DNA of 64,000 nucleotides from an uncultured delta proteobacterium (GCA_963796055.1 CAWCKH010000004.1:1792001-1856000); one strand, 5' to 3'; positions 1-10,391 are shown, counted from the stretch's first letter. Notes: generated from the letters alone by a model not told the origin. A program made the numbers and translations.

Positions 1-349
1 CGGGGTCGATGCGCTCCCCGAGCAGCAGCGCGCTCCACAGCAGCGAGCACACCGGCTGGGGGAGCTGAATCTGGCTCACCCGGGCGATCCCGGCCAGGGT
101 GATGAGCCAGGGAAACCCGACCACCACCCCGGCCGCCACCAGGGCGATCCGCCGCCATTGGTCCCCGGTGGGCCACGGCGCCCGGCGTGCCCGGAGCACG
201 CAGGCGGCGAGCACCCCCGCGACCAGCGCACGGCCGAAGGCAACGAAGGTGGCGTCCAGCTCGCGGACCGCGAAGCGGGTGGCGACCACCGTCCCGCTGA
301 ACGTCAGCATGCCCAGCCAGCCGAAGAGGAGCCCGCGTCGCGTTCCCAC
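1..349 (-). CDS. DMT/EamA-family membrane transporter, runs off the window edge
   Basis: Manual translation from GTG at 349: [45 protein letters not shown]...[29 protein letters not shown]. Hydrophobic helices with an EamA-like LLGE end. Not in the ORF track. Confidence 0.7.
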   Translation of the reverse strand, partial: MGTRRGLLFGWLGMLTFSGTVVATRFAVRELDATFVAFGRALVAGVLAACVLRARRAPWPTGDQWRRIALVAAGVVVGFPWLITLAGIARVSQIQLPQPVCSLLWSALLLGERIDP

Positions 350-421
350 GAGGACCCCCGCTGTAACGCCTGCCTGCCGCCTTTCGACAGCACAAGGCTG
401 CTCTTCGCTCACCGGAACACA

Positions 422-453
422 TCGTCAACTCCCGGTCGCTTCCAGGTTGACAA
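422..453. promoter_or_regulatory. Putative BirA (biotin repressor) operator
   Basis: Inverted repeat GTCAAC(424-429)-N16-GTTGAC(446-451) about 50 bp upstream of bioB. Resembles the deltaproteobacterial BirA box TGTCAACC-N14-GGTTGACA. Confidence 0.75.
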
Positions 454-499
454 CGGCGGCCCGGCCGTCGAGCGTCACCCCGGCGGTTTGCCGGAGGAG

Positions 500-1520
500 G
501 TGTCCACGGTGTCGAGCATCCCCAGCGTTCAGCCCGTGCCCGAGGTGATGGTCCGTCACGACTGGACCCTCGCCGAGGTCCGGGCCATCCACGACCTCCC
601 GTTGCTGGAGCTGGTCTACCGTGCGCAGACGGTGCACCGGGCCACGTTCGGCGACCCCACGGTGCAGCTGTGCAGCCTGCTGTCGATCAAGACCGGCGGC
701 TGCCCCGAGGACTGCGCCTACTGCCCGCAGTCGGCCCGTTACCAGACCGGGGTCAAGGCCGAGCGACTGATGGAGACCGGCGACGTCCTCGAGGCTGCCC
801 GCCGGGCGCGGGCCGCCGGGGCCACCCGTTTCTGCATGGGGGCAGCCTGGCGCGAGGTGAAGGACGGTCCCCAGTTCGACCGGGTGCTGTCGATGGTGCG
901 TGGCGTGCGTGCGCTGGGGATGGAGGCCTGCGTGACCCTGGGGATGCTCACCCCCGAGCAGGCGCGACGGCTCAAGGAGGCCGGCCTCTCCGCGTACAAC
1001 CACAACCTCGACACCAGCCCGGAGTTCTACGGGGAGATCATCTCCACCCGCGACGTACCAGGACCGTCTGCGGACCCTGGCCGCGGTGCGCGAGGCGGGC
1101 ATCTCGGTCTGCTCGGGCGGCATCCTGGGAATGGGCGAGTCGGTGGACGACCGCTGCGAGCTGCTGCGAACGCTCGCCAACCAGGAGGTGCACCCGGAAT
1201 CGGTGCCGATCAACGCGCTGGTCGCGGTGCCGGGCACCCCGCTGGAAAAGCAGACGCCCGTCTCACCGGTGGAGATGGTGCGGGCCATCGCCACCGCCCG
1301 GATTCTCATGCCCGCGGCCATGGTGCGGCTGTCCGCCGGACGGATGCAGATGAGCCAGGAGGCCCAGCTGCTGTGCATGATGGCCGGCGCCAACTCGCTC
1401 TTCTTCGGCGAGAAGCTGCTCACCACCGGCAACCCCGAGTACGCCGCAGACATGGCGCTGCTCGAGGGTGCCGGACTGCGGCCGCTCGAGCCGAACCTGG
1501 AACCGCCCGGCAGGCCGTGA
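500..1520 (+). CDS. bioB: Biotin synthase (radical SAM), frameshifted near 1052
   Basis: GGAGGAG before GTG at 500. [11 protein letters not shown] and YNHNLDTS lie in the 158..2689 frame; the C-half ([32 protein letters not shown]) lies in ORF 1086..1520. Confidence 0.92.
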
Positions 1521-2689
1521 GCTCCGTCGCCGACACCTGGGCGCGGGAGGAGCTGGCGGAGCTCGGTCGCCTCGGGCTCTTCCGGACGCTCGAGCCGCTC
1601 GGCTCACCGCAGGGCCCGGTGGTCCGGATCGGGGGGCAGTCGCTGGTGAACTTCTCCTCCAACGACTACCTCGGGCTCGCGGCCGATGAGAGGGTGAAGC
1701 GGGCCTTCGTCGCCGGGCTCGAGCGCTGGGGCGTGGGCGCCGGCGCCTCGCGGCTGGTCGTCGGCGACACCGAGGCGCATCGCCGGCTGGAGGCACGTCT
1801 CGCCGCCTTCGAGGGCACCGAGGCCGCGCTGCTCTTCAACGGTGGGTACCCGGCGAATCTCGGGCTGGTGCAGGCCCTGGTCGGGCGCGGGGACCTGGTG
1901 GTCTCCGATGCCCTCAACCACGCGAGCCTCGTCGACGGGTGCCGCTTGAGCCGGGCCGAGGTGGCGGTGGTCCCCCACGCGGACGTGGACGCGGTCGCCC
2001 GGGCGCTCGCCCGCAATGGCTTCCGCCGGAAGCTGGTGGTGACCGACGCGGTGTTCTCGATGGACGGCGACTCCGCGCCGCTCGGGGCGCTGGCCGCGGT
2101 GTGCGCCCGCGCGGGGGCGGCGCTCCTGGTCGACGAGGCCCACGCGACCGGCGTGCTCGGAGCACGTGGGTCCGGCCTGTGCGAGGCCACCGGCGTCCAG
2201 CCCGACGTCCGGATGGGCACGCTGGGCAAGGCCCTCGGCGGCTTCGGGGCCTACGCGGCGACCACCCGCGCCGTCGCGGACTTCCTGGTCAACCGTGCGC
2301 GCTCGGTGGTCTTCTCCACCACCCTGCCGCCTGCGCTGTGCGAGGCGCTGGTGGTGGCCATCGACGTGCTGGAATCCGACCCGGACGTGCGTCCGCGGCT
2401 CTGGCGCAACATCCGGCGCTTCGTCGAGGGGTTACAGCAGATCGGCTTCCAGGCCGAGCCGCGGAGCGCCATCGTGCCGGTCGTCCTCGGCACTCCGGAG
2501 CGGGCGCTCCGGGCGTCGGCGTTCCTCCGCGAGCAGGGTGTCCTGGCAAAGCCCATCCGTCCCCCCACCGTTCCCGAGGGCACCAGCCGGCTCCGGTTCG
2601 CGCTCTCCGCCGCACACACGGAGGCGCAGATCGACCGCGCGCTCCAGGCACTCGAGGGGGCACGCGCGCATGGACTCGTCGCGGCATGA
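1517..2689 (+). CDS. bioF: 8-amino-7-oxononanoate synthase
   Basis: [48 protein letters not shown] overlap with the bioB stop. Confidence 0.93.
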   Translation: MSSVADTWAREELAELGRLGLFRTLEPLGSPQGPVVRIGGQSLVNFSSNDYLGLAADERVKRAFVAGLERWGVGAGASRLVVGDTEAHRRLEARLAAFEGTEAALLFNGGYPANLGLVQALVGRGDLVVSDALNHASLVDGCRLSRAEVAVVPHADVDAVARALARNGFRRKLVVTDAVFSMDGDSAPLGALAAVCARAGAALLVDEAHATGVLGARGSGLCEATGVQPDVRMGTLGKALGGFGAYAATTRAVADFLVNRARSVVFSTTLPPALCEALVVAIDVLESDPDVRPRLWRNIRRFVEGLQQIGFQAEPRSAIVPVVLGTPERALRASAFLREQGVLAKPIRPPTVPEGTSRLRFALSAAHTEAQIDRALQALEGARAHGLVAA

Positions 2690-4019
2690 GCGACTGCTCG
2701 AGCTGGACCGGGACCACGTCTGGCACCCGTTCACCCAGATGGCGGTCTGGCCGTCGGACGATCCGCTGATCATCGAGCGCGCCGAGGGCAACGAGCTCGT
2801 CGACGATCTGGGCCGCCGTTACCTCGACGGGGTCAGCTCGCTCTGGTGCAACGTGCACGGGCACCGGAAGCGGGAGATCGACGACGCGGTCCGCGCGCAG
2901 CTGGACCGGGTGGCGCACTCGAGCTTGCTCGGGCTGGCCTCGGTCCCCTCCATCGAGCTGGCGGAGGCCCTGGTCCGGGTCGCTCCCGAGGGCCTCACCC
3001 GGGTGTTCTACTCGGACTCGGGTAGCACCGCGGTCGAGGTCGCGCTGAAGATGGCCTACCAGTACTGGCAACAGCGCGGCCGACCGGAGAAGACGCGCTT
3101 CGCCGCGCTGACCGAGGCCTACCACGGCGACACGGTGGGCTCGGTCTCCGTCGGGGGGATGGCGCTGTTCCACGGCATCTTCCAGGACCTGCTGTTCGAC
3201 GTGGAGCGCCTTCCCAGCCCGAGCCCCTACCACTGGAGCGACGGCGGAGATCCCCTGTCCGGAGCTCTCGGCGCGGCCGAGCGCCTCCTGGAGGAGAAGG
3301 CCGCCACCCTGGCCGCGGTGGTGATCGAGCCGCTGGTGCAGGGCGCGGCGGGAATGTGGATGCACCCCCCAGGGTACCTCCGCGGAATGGCCGACCTGTG
3401 CCGGAAGCACGAGTTGCTGCTCATCTGCGACGAGGTGGCGACCGGCTTCGGCCGCACCGGGACGATGTTCGCGGTGGAGCAGGAGGGAGTCCGGCCCGAC
3501 TTTCTCTGTCTGGCGAAGGGCCTCACGGGCGGCTACCTGCCCCTGGCGGCGACGCTCACCACCCAGCGGGTCTACGAGGCGTTCCTGGGCGAGTTTGCCT
3601 CGGCACGCACCTTCTTCCACGGGCATACCTTCACCGGGAACCCGCTGGCCTGCGCTGCGGCGCTCGCCTCGCTCGGGATCTTCGAGACGGAGCGGGTGCT
3701 GGAGCGCGTCCGGCGGACGGCCGAGGTGCTGCGACCGAAGCTGGCTGCGATCGCCGAGCTCCCGCACGTGGGGGACGTCCGCCAGCGGGGCCTGATGATC
3801 GGCATCGAGCTGGTGCGCGATCGCCGGACGAAGGAGGCGTACGACTACGCCGAGCGCATCGGCCACCAGGTCTGCGTCGCGCTCCGCAGGCGCGGCATCC
3901 TGCTCCGGCCACTCGGTCCGGTGGTGGTGATGATGCCTCCGCTCTCGCTCACCGAGGCGGAGGCGGTGCGGCTCGGCGATGCGGTGCGGGAGGCGATCAT
4001 CGAGGTGACCCAGGGGTGA
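2670..4019 (+). CDS. bioA: Adenosylmethionine-8-amino-7-oxononanoate transaminase
   Basis: [50 protein letters not shown]; operon context. Confidence 0.95.
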   Translation: MDSSRHERLLELDRDHVWHPFTQMAVWPSDDPLIIERAEGNELVDDLGRRYLDGVSSLWCNVHGHRKREIDDAVRAQLDRVAHSSLLGLASVPSIELAEALVRVAPEGLTRVFYSDSGSTAVEVALKMAYQYWQQRGRPEKTRFAALTEAYHGDTVGSVSVGGMALFHGIFQDLLFDVERLPSPSPYHWSDGGDPLSGALGAAERLLEEKAATLAAVVIEPLVQGAAGMWMHPPGYLRGMADLCRKHELLLICDEVATGFGRTGTMFAVEQEGVRPDFLCLAKGLTGGYLPLAATLTTQRVYEAFLGEFASARTFFHGHTFTGNPLACAAALASLGIFETERVLERVRRTAEVLRPKLAAIAELPHVGDVRQRGLMIGIELVRDRRTKEAYDYAERIGHQVCVALRRRGILLRPLGPVVVMMPPLSLTEAEAVRLGDAVREAIIEVTQG

Positions 4020-4744
4020 GGACCGTCGCCGCTGGAGCGCGCGGTCGAGTCCCCCGCGAGAAGCCCTTCCGGGTCTTCGTCACCGCCACCGACACCGGGG
4101 TGGGCAAGACGCAGGTCGCCGCCGCGCTGCTCTCGCTCCTCGCCGACGCGGGGCTGGGGCCTGCGCCCTTCAAGCCCTACGAGAGCGGGTGCACCCGGCT
4201 CTCGCGCCCCGCGGACGCGCTCGCGCTCCGTGCCGCCGCGCGCAGCACCGACTCGCTGGACGACGTCTGTGTCCACCGGTTCCGGGCCCCGCTCGCTCCG
4301 GGGATCGCTGCGGCGCGGATGGGGCGCACCCCGGACTTCCGGGCCGTCCTCGCCGCCTTCCGTGGCTTCGGCGATCGACCGCTGGTGGCCGAGGGCGCGG
4401 GCGGGCTCCTCGTCCCCCTCGATCGGCGACGCGACGTGGTCGACCTCATCGAGGCGCTGGGACTCCCCGCCTTGCTGGTGGCGCGGGCGGGCCTGGGAAC
4501 GCTGAACCACACCGGACTCTCGCTGCGCCTGCTCGCCTCGCGCGGCATCCCGGTGCATGGGGTGGTCCTCTCGCGTGGCTCGCCGGTGGCCGATCCCTCG
4601 GTCGCGGACAACGCGGCGTGGCTCGCGATGCGGCACCGGGTCCCGGTGGTCGGGCCAGTGCCGTACGTCGCGGATCCGGCGCGACGGCGTGAGGCCTTCC
4701 GGAGCGCGCTGCGCCCGCTGCTCGGTTCGATCGCTGCGAGGTGA
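4016..4744 (+). CDS. bioD: Dethiobiotin synthase
   Basis: FVTATDTGVGKT, FKPYESG, AEGAGGLLVP, GLGTLNHT. GTGA overlap with bioA. Confidence 0.92.
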   Translation: MRTVAAGARGRVPREKPFRVFVTATDTGVGKTQVAAALLSLLADAGLGPAPFKPYESGCTRLSRPADALALRAAARSTDSLDDVCVHRFRAPLAPGIAAARMGRTPDFRAVLAAFRGFGDRPLVAEGAGGLLVPLDRRRDVVDLIEALGLPALLVARAGLGTLNHTGLSLRLLASRGIPVHGVVLSRGSPVADPSVADNAAWLAMRHRVPVVGPVPYVADPARRREAFRSALRPLLGSIAAR

Positions 4745-4949
4745 CCGCGGTCGACGTGTGCCTTTCGTCCCCCGGTGTGCGGGTTCGCCGCGGGTCGCCG
4801 CACGTGCTCCGCGGAGGGCCGACAACACGCTCCGGAGCCGGCGCGCAAGTTCTCACCACCTCGGCGCACGGGGCTGTAGCGGCGCCTGCCCGCCCGCCGT
4901 CACCGAATTGGACGCGTCGAGTGTTCCGCGCGACAAGAAGTCTCGACAC

Positions 4950-5228
4950 ATGGGAGACGTCATCGACCTGACGCTGGTGAGCGATGCCAGGCGCTACTTC
5001 CAGAAGCTGCTCGACACCCGGGGCCTCAACTACTTCCTCCGCAAGGACGGTGGGCGGCTCTTCCAGATCGAGCAGAGCAAGGTCGAGATGATCGTCCGCA
5101 CCGCCGCCCGGAGCCGGCCGTCGCACCTGCCGCGGCCCCCGCAGCACGCGGTGGACCACTGCCGGAAGGAGATCCGCCGCGAGCTGATCCGCCGGGTGGT
5201 GGAGGCCATGCTCCAGACCGGGCTCTGA
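4950..5228 (+). CDS. Small hypothetical protein (92 aa)
   Basis: MGDVIDLTLVSDARRYFQKLL...MLQTGL, with protein-like composition and G/C-ending codons. Confidence 0.7.
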   Translation: MGDVIDLTLVSDARRYFQKLLDTRGLNYFLRKDGGRLFQIEQSKVEMIVRTAARSRPSHLPRPPQHAVDHCRKEIRRELIRRVVEAMLQTGL

Positions 5229-5293
5229 GCCACGGGGGCTGAGCGAGTCCGGGCCCGCCGGCCGGCGCGCTGGGGTAGGGTTCCCGGCCGCCC

Positions 5294-6472
5294 GTGTTCT
5301 CCGCCCGGACAGCCTGGGACCGCACGCAGAACCTCCTCTCCGCGCGCCTGGAGATGCTGGTGCGCCGCGGGACGCCGCCGATCGACCTCACCGCCACCAG
5401 TCCCGCCGACTGTGGGCTCGCACCGGACGAAGGGCGGCTCCGCGCGGTGCTCGCCTCGCAACCGCTGGCCGCCTACACGCCCGAGCCACTGGGGCAGCTC
5501 GTCGCCCGGAAGGCCCTGGCGCGCGACCTGACCCGCCTCGGCGCGCACCTCGAGCCGGGGCAGATCGTGCTCTCGGCGTCCACCAGCGAGGCGTATGGCT
5601 GGCTCCTCGCGCTGCTGTGCGATCCGGGGGACTCGGTGCTCGTCCCGGAGCCGAGCTACCCGCTGCTCCCGTTCCTCGCCGAGCTGTCCTCGGTGGAGCT
5701 CCGCGCCTTTCCTCTCCCGGAGGACCCCCTCGGCGCGCTGGACGTCGACGGGCTCGAGGCCATGGCCGACGAGACCACCCGGGCGGTGGTGCTGGTCAGC
5801 CCGGCGAACCCCACCGGATGGGTGCTGGGCGAGACGGACCAGGCGCGCCTGGACGCGCTCTGTGCCCGGCGCGCCTGGGGGCTCGTCGTCGACGAGGTCT
5901 TCGTGGAGTTCCCCCGGCGCGGCCGCTCGCCGAGGTCGGTCGCGGCGCGCCCGGGCGAGGCGCTCACCTTCGTGCTCCAGGGACTCTCCAAGTCCGCGGG
6001 GCTGCCCGGATGGAAGGTGGCGTGGACCACGGTGCTCGGCCCTGCGCCCGAGCGCGACGAGGCGCTCGCCCGGCTGGAGCTGATCGCCGACACCCATCTG
6101 TCCGCTGCCGCCCCCGCGCAGTGCGCGCTCCCGGATCTGCTGTCCGCTTCGCCCGCGTGGCGCTCGCGGGTCGCGCTTCGCCTGGACCAGAACACCCAGA
6201 CGCTCCAGGATGCCCGCCCGGCGGACGCTGCATGGGACGTGATGCCCTCGGCCGGAGGGTGGTCCGCGGTGGTCCGGCTGCCGCACACCGCAGAGGAGAC
6301 CGAGGTGTGTCTCGCGCTGCTGGAGGCTGGCGTCCAGGTGCAGCCTGGACACTTCTACGACTTTCCCCGGGGGCGCTGGCTGGTGCTCTCGCTGCTGCCG
6401 ACGCCGGCGCGCTTCACCGAGGGCGTCCGGCGGATGGCCCGGACGCTGGACCGCCTGTTCTCCGCTCCCTGA
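5294..6472 (+). CDS. PLP-dependent aminotransferase class I/II
   Basis: PEPSYP, SPANPTG, VDEVF, GLSKSAGLPGWK. Confidence 0.88.
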   Translation: MFSARTAWDRTQNLLSARLEMLVRRGTPPIDLTATSPADCGLAPDEGRLRAVLASQPLAAYTPEPLGQLVARKALARDLTRLGAHLEPGQIVLSASTSEAYGWLLALLCDPGDSVLVPEPSYPLLPFLAELSSVELRAFPLPEDPLGALDVDGLEAMADETTRAVVLVSPANPTGWVLGETDQARLDALCARRAWGLVVDEVFVEFPRRGRSPRSVAARPGEALTFVLQGLSKSAGLPGWKVAWTTVLGPAPERDEALARLELIADTHLSAAAPAQCALPDLLSASPAWRSRVALRLDQNTQTLQDARPADAAWDVMPSAGGWSAVVRLPHTAEETEVCLALLEAGVQVQPGHFYDFPRGRWLVLSLLPTPARFTEGVRRMARTLDRLFSAP

Positions 6473-6538
6473 GCGGAAACACGGAAGCCGCCGAGAGTTC
6501 GCCCGGCGGCCTCCGGAAATGCAGCGGATCGGGGCAGG

Positions 6539-6775
6539 CTACCCGTCATCCGGTTCGTGACGCGTGTGGTCCTCCGCCCGCTCCGCCGCTTCCTTGACCT
6601 TCTCGGCCACGCGGTCGAGCTTCTCCTCGGCCTTCTCCTTCAGGTTCTCCCCGGCGTTCTTCATGCTGCCCTTCGCCTGATCGAGCTTGCCCTCGCTCTC
6701 GAGCTTCTCGTCGTCGGTGGCGGCGCCGGCCACTTCCTTGAACTTCCCCTTCACCTTGTCCGTGAGTCCAGCCAT
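6539..6775 (-). CDS. CsbD-family stress response protein
   Basis: DKVKGKFKEVAGAATDDEKLESEGKLDQAKG; AGGAG upstream. Confidence 0.85.
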   Translation of the reverse strand: MAGLTDKVKGKFKEVAGAATDDEKLESEGKLDQAKGSMKNAGENLKEKAEEKLDRVAEKVKEAAERAEDHTRHEPDDG

Positions 6776-6809
6776 TCGCGTCGTCTCCTTTGTCAGGAGA
6801 CGAGCGTGA

Positions 6810-7214
6810 TCACGCCGCGGCGGGGGCGGAACCCCGGGCGGGCGAGGGAGGAAGCGCCGGGCTGGGACAGAAGGCCTTCACCACCGCCAGCATGCGCGTC
6901 AGCTCGAACGGCTTGCGGAGCACGCCCACCACGTTCGGAGATCGGGTCTCGACCGGCGGCCCGCTGAGCAGAACGACCGGGCAGGCGACCTGCACCGGGC
7001 CGGAGGCGAGAGCCTGGAGGATGGCCTCGCTCGCCCCGTCGGGCAGCCGCGCCTCGAGCACCAGCAGACAGCCCGCGCCGAGCCGGCGCAGGGTTGCCAG
7101 GGTGTCCACTTCCCGTGAGACCAGCAGCACCTGGTAGCCGGCCTCGTGGAGCACGTGGAGGAGCACTTCCCGGAGACCGGGGTCGTCCTCCGCCACCACC
7201 ACCGTTCCGCGCAC
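6810..7214 (-). CDS. Single-domain response regulator receiver, possibly atypical
   Basis: VVVAEDDPGLREVL, LLVLEARLPDG (E where the phospho-Asp is expected), VVLLSG, LRKPF. Confidence 0.75.
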   Translation of the reverse strand: MRGTVVVAEDDPGLREVLLHVLHEAGYQVLLVSREVDTLATLRRLGAGCLLVLEARLPDGASEAILQALASGPVQVACPVVLLSGPPVETRSPNVVGVLRKPFELTRMLAVVKAFCPSPALPPSPARGSAPAAA

Positions 7215-7329
7215 GTGCCACCCGCCTTCGTTGGGCCCGTCTGAGGCGCGTCGAATGATGGGTCTGGAGATCGACCGTGTCACCGTGAGCGGATCAGCCC
7301 AGGTGCGCGCAGGTGTCGTCCGATGTCCG

Positions 7330-7527
7330 TCAGTGAGGGTGACCGTGATCCTTGCTGGGGCCGTGCCCGTGCGCGGCATCGCCGTGGCCGTGGTCCTGTT
7401 CGTGGCCCGGGTCATGCGGATGCTCGTGCGTGTGACGGTGGGTATGCGGATGGCTGTGGGTCGTGCCGTCCGCATGCGTATGTTCGTGGGTGTGCTGGTG
7501 CTCGTGTTCGTGGGTGTGCTCGGGCAT
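7330..7527 (-). CDS. Histidine-rich small protein, probable metal binder
   Basis: 24 of 65 residues are His, mostly in HxHxH runs; GGAGG just upstream of the ATG. Confidence 0.75.
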   Translation of the reverse strand: MPEHTHEHEHQHTHEHTHADGTTHSHPHTHRHTHEHPHDPGHEQDHGHGDAAHGHGPSKDHGHPH

Positions 7528-7616
7528 GGCGCCTCCGAACCCGGGTCTACGGCGAGCCTGCCGGAACCGACGTCGGCCGTCGAGCGCCTGTCCCCGGTCG
7601 GCGTGACCGAGGCGCT

Positions 7617-8570
7617 ATGGTGCCGTCCGGTCCGATGCGGGTTCCCGCGGTGAGAGCCGGCGCGCTGCGCGGCGAGGCCTACGGCGTCGTCTTCGAGGTC
7701 CGGGTGGACGACCGCCGGCTCCTGCCCGCGGTGCGTGTGCGCTTCCCCCCGGGCTGGAACGTCAGCCGGCAGAGTCCAGCGGTCGTCCTCTCCCTGGTGC
7801 ACGAGGTGCTGCAGGAGGTGTTTGACACCTCCCCCCGGACGGCGGGGCCGTCGCGGCGGACGGGGGGTTCGCGCGGGAGGTCCCGGCCGGTGGTCGGTCT
7901 GTCCGTGCGAGTGGACGGGCAGCGGGTGGCCCGCGGGTTCAGCCATGCGCAAGCCCTGGACGTGCTCGAGAGCGAGCTGCAGCTCACGGTTGCCCGGCTC
8001 GCCCGCCCCGAGGTGTTCGTCCACGCCGGTGTGGTGGCGGTGGACGGGCGCGCCATCCTGGTTCCGGGGCGCTCCGGTGCGGGGAAGACCACCCTGGTGC
8101 GCGCGCTGGTGGAGGCCGGGGCAACGTACTACTCGGATGAGTACGCGGTGCTCGACCGGGAGGGGCGTGTGCATCCGTACGCGCGCCGTCCGAGCGTCCG
8201 GCGGCGGGCTGGACACAAGGAGCGGCACCCGGTTCCGCGGGTCAGAGGTCGCGGGCCGGTTCCGGTGGGGATGATCGTCGAGACGCGGTACTCGACCGGT
8301 GCCCGCTGGGACCCCGTGTCACTGTCGCCGGGCGAGCGCGTGCTGGCGCTGCTGGCGAACACCGTGCCGGCGCGGGATCGCCCGGCCGAGGTGCTCACCG
8401 TGCTGGCGCGTGCCACCGAGGGGACCCTCGGTGTCCGGAGCGACCGCGGCGCGGCGAAGCAGACTGCCCGGCTGCTCATCGCGCTCGCCCGGAGCTCCGA
8501 TGGGCTGGAGCGCGTCCGTCCGCCGAGACCTGCACCTCGAACTGCCGGAGGGCGGAGTCGCCGGCCCTGA
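7617..8570 (+). CDS. HprK-related P-loop kinase
   Basis: FVHAGVVAVDGRAILVPGRSGAGKTTLVRAL...YYSDE (HAG, Walker A, SD[D/E]). Start at 7617 or 7635. Confidence 0.8.
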   Translation: MVPSGPMRVPAVRAGALRGEAYGVVFEVRVDDRRLLPAVRVRFPPGWNVSRQSPAVVLSLVHEVLQEVFDTSPRTAGPSRRTGGSRGRSRPVVGLSVRVDGQRVARGFSHAQALDVLESELQLTVARLARPEVFVHAGVVAVDGRAILVPGRSGAGKTTLVRALVEAGATYYSDEYAVLDREGRVHPYARRPSVRRRAGHKERHPVPRVRGRGPVPVGMIVETRYSTGARWDPVSLSPGERVLALLANTVPARDRPAEVLTVLARATEGTLGVRSDRGAAKQTARLLIALARSSDGLERVRPPRPAPRTAGGRSRRP

Positions 8571-8651
8571 TTGCACCGCGCGGGCCCGGGGACTCGAGAG
8601 ACGAGCCAGCCCCCTGCTGGCGCATCGAGGCCGCACGGGCCCGATCGGACC

Positions 8652-10391
8652 TCAGGAGGTCGCCGCGCCGGAATGCGCGCGTGCCTCGGGATCGGGCGCC
8701 TGCGCCGCGACATCCGCCACCTCCGCCGGGGTCACCGCGACGGGCAGCCGCGCGGCCGCGGCATGCTCCACCATGAGGCGTGCCGCGCAGACCTGGAACA
8801 GGGGACGGAGCAACAGCTTCACCACGGGGAGGAGGGTCAACGCGCGGCTCACCGCGAGCCCAGAGAACTCGAAGGGCTGTTCCTCCACCCGCTCGGAGGG
8901 GCCGTAGAACCGCCGGGCCATCCGTTCCCAGATCCGGCCCCACCAGCGGGGCAGGCCCCAGCGGAAGAGGAACACCCGCTCGGTCAGCGTGAACCACGCC
9001 CGCAGGTACCAGGGTCGGGGTGTGCTCTCCGGCGGAGCCCACGCCCGCGTGCTCCGACCCGCGGTCATCACCACCCACCAGTAAGCCCCCCACAGAGTGG
9101 TCAGCACCGTGGTGAGAATGCGGTGCGGGGGGACGAGCCATCCCACGACGGAGATCAGCGCCGCGCCGGGCAGGAACCCGAGGAAGAACTGCGCGCGCCG
9201 GTTCGCCTTCCGGCGCACCCAGGGGAGGTCGAGCCGGATCTTCGGCCGCATCGGTGGATCCTCGGGTGCCACCTGGACCAGCAGCGACAGATCGCGCGAG
9301 AGCGCATCGTGGAAGTCGCGAGACAGGGCCAGCACGCACGTCTGGGCGATCCCCAGCGACGCGTAGATCGCCGCCAGCAAGGCCAGCACTGCCCCGAGAC
9401 GGCCGGCCAGACCACGCTCATGGCGACGGGCGACCTTCAGCGCCGCCCGCGCCCGCTCCAGCCGCGCCCGCTCCGCAGCGGAGAGGGGATCGGCGCCCTT
9501 GCGCTGCAGCGCCGCCGCGTCCTTCTCCACGTGGTCCAGCTGGCGCTCGAGGCTGCGCCGCGCCCGGCGGGCCTCCCCCGAATTCTTGGGGATCTGCTGC
9601 GCCAGGGCGTCCGCGGCGATGGCGATCTCCTCCAGCCGGTCGCTCACCGCCTCGCGCTCGTCCTTGAGGTCCTGCGCCTCGTCCTCGACCTTCCCCGGGC
9701 CCTTCCCCGCACGGCGCTCCGCGCGCGCAGCCTGCTTCTTGGCCTTCTCGACGGCGGCGGCCACCAGCTCGGCGGTCCGCTTGCCGCGCTCCTCGGGGGA
9801 TGCCTCCTGGAGCGCCTTGATCTTTGCCTCGAGCGTCGTCTCGAGGTCCGTCTCGGCCAAGTCCCCGTCCTCGGCGTCCTCCTCGTCCTCGTCGGCGCTG
9901 TCCGGTTCCGAAGAGCTCGGGGCGGAGGTCGCGGGCCCTCCGGGCGTGTGCCCGGACGCACCGGCTGACGGGGGCGTCTGCTTCGCGGCAGGTGGCGGCG
10001 CCGGGACGGAGGACTTGCGCCTCGTCGGCGGCGCTGGCGGGGGAGCGAGCGCCGGGGGCTCCGACGTTGCCGTCGGCGCCCGGGGTGTCGCCTTGTCCGG
10101 TGCCGCCCCGGAAGGTGCCGGTGTGGGAGCGCCCTCGGCAGCCGGTCGGCTGCCCGCGGAGACGGGCGCGGTGGCTTCCGGCTCCTCCGGACCGAAGGCG
10201 TCGTTCCAGGCCTCGGCGCCCTGTTTCCCGACCCAGAAGATCACCAGCCCGGCCACCAGGGTCAGCGCGGCCTGGAGCAGCACCGTTCGCCAGTACCGGG
10301 ACCACAGCCGCTGGTCCTGGCGCATACGACCAATCAGCTCCCAGGGCTCGCGCACGCCGCGCCAGAACCTGGCGCCTGCCGACTCGGACAT
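8652..10391 (-). CDS. Membrane protein with a long Pro/Ala-rich, acidic and coiled-coil insert
   Basis: ORF 8652..10457; N-terminal TM helix, low-complexity middle, several C-terminal TM segments. Start uncertain. Confidence 0.7.
   Translation of the reverse strand: MSESAGARFWRGVREPWELIGRMRQDQRLWSRYWRTVLLQAALTLVAGLVIFWVGKQGAEAWNDAFGPEEPEATAPVSAGSRPAAEGAPTPAPSGAAPDKATPRAPTATSEPPALAPPPAPPTRRKSSVPAPPPAAKQTPPSAGASGHTPGGPATSAPSSSEPDSADEDEEDAEDGDLAETDLETTLEAKIKALQEASPEERGKRTAELVAAAVEKAKKQAARAERRAGKGPGKVEDEAQDLKDEREAVSDRLEEIAIAADALAQQIPKNSGEARRARRSLERQLDHVEKDAAALQRKGADPLSAAERARLERARAALKVARRHERGLAGRLGAVLALLAAIYASLGIAQTCVLALSRDFHDALSRDLSLLVQVAPEDPPMRPKIRLDLPWVRRKANRRAQFFLGFLPGAALISVVGWLVPPHRILTTVLTTLWGAYWWVVMTAGRSTRAWAPPESTPRPWYLRAWFTLTERVFLFRWGLPRWWGRIWERMARRFYGPSERVEEQPFEFSGLAVSRALTLLPVVKLLLRPLFQVCAARLMVEHAAAARLPVAVTPAEVADVAAQAPDPEARAHSGAATS

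Noticed and set aside
158..2689. Apparent 843-aa BioB-BioF fusion ORF
   Set aside because: Produced by the bioB frameshift. The middle is non-homologous shadow sequence and the true BioB C-half is in ORF 1086..1520.
7231..7653. Val/Met-rich plus-strand 'membrane protein'
   Set aside because: Antisense of the His-rich gene: CAC/CAT read as GTG/ATG. The minus-strand gene has the RBS.
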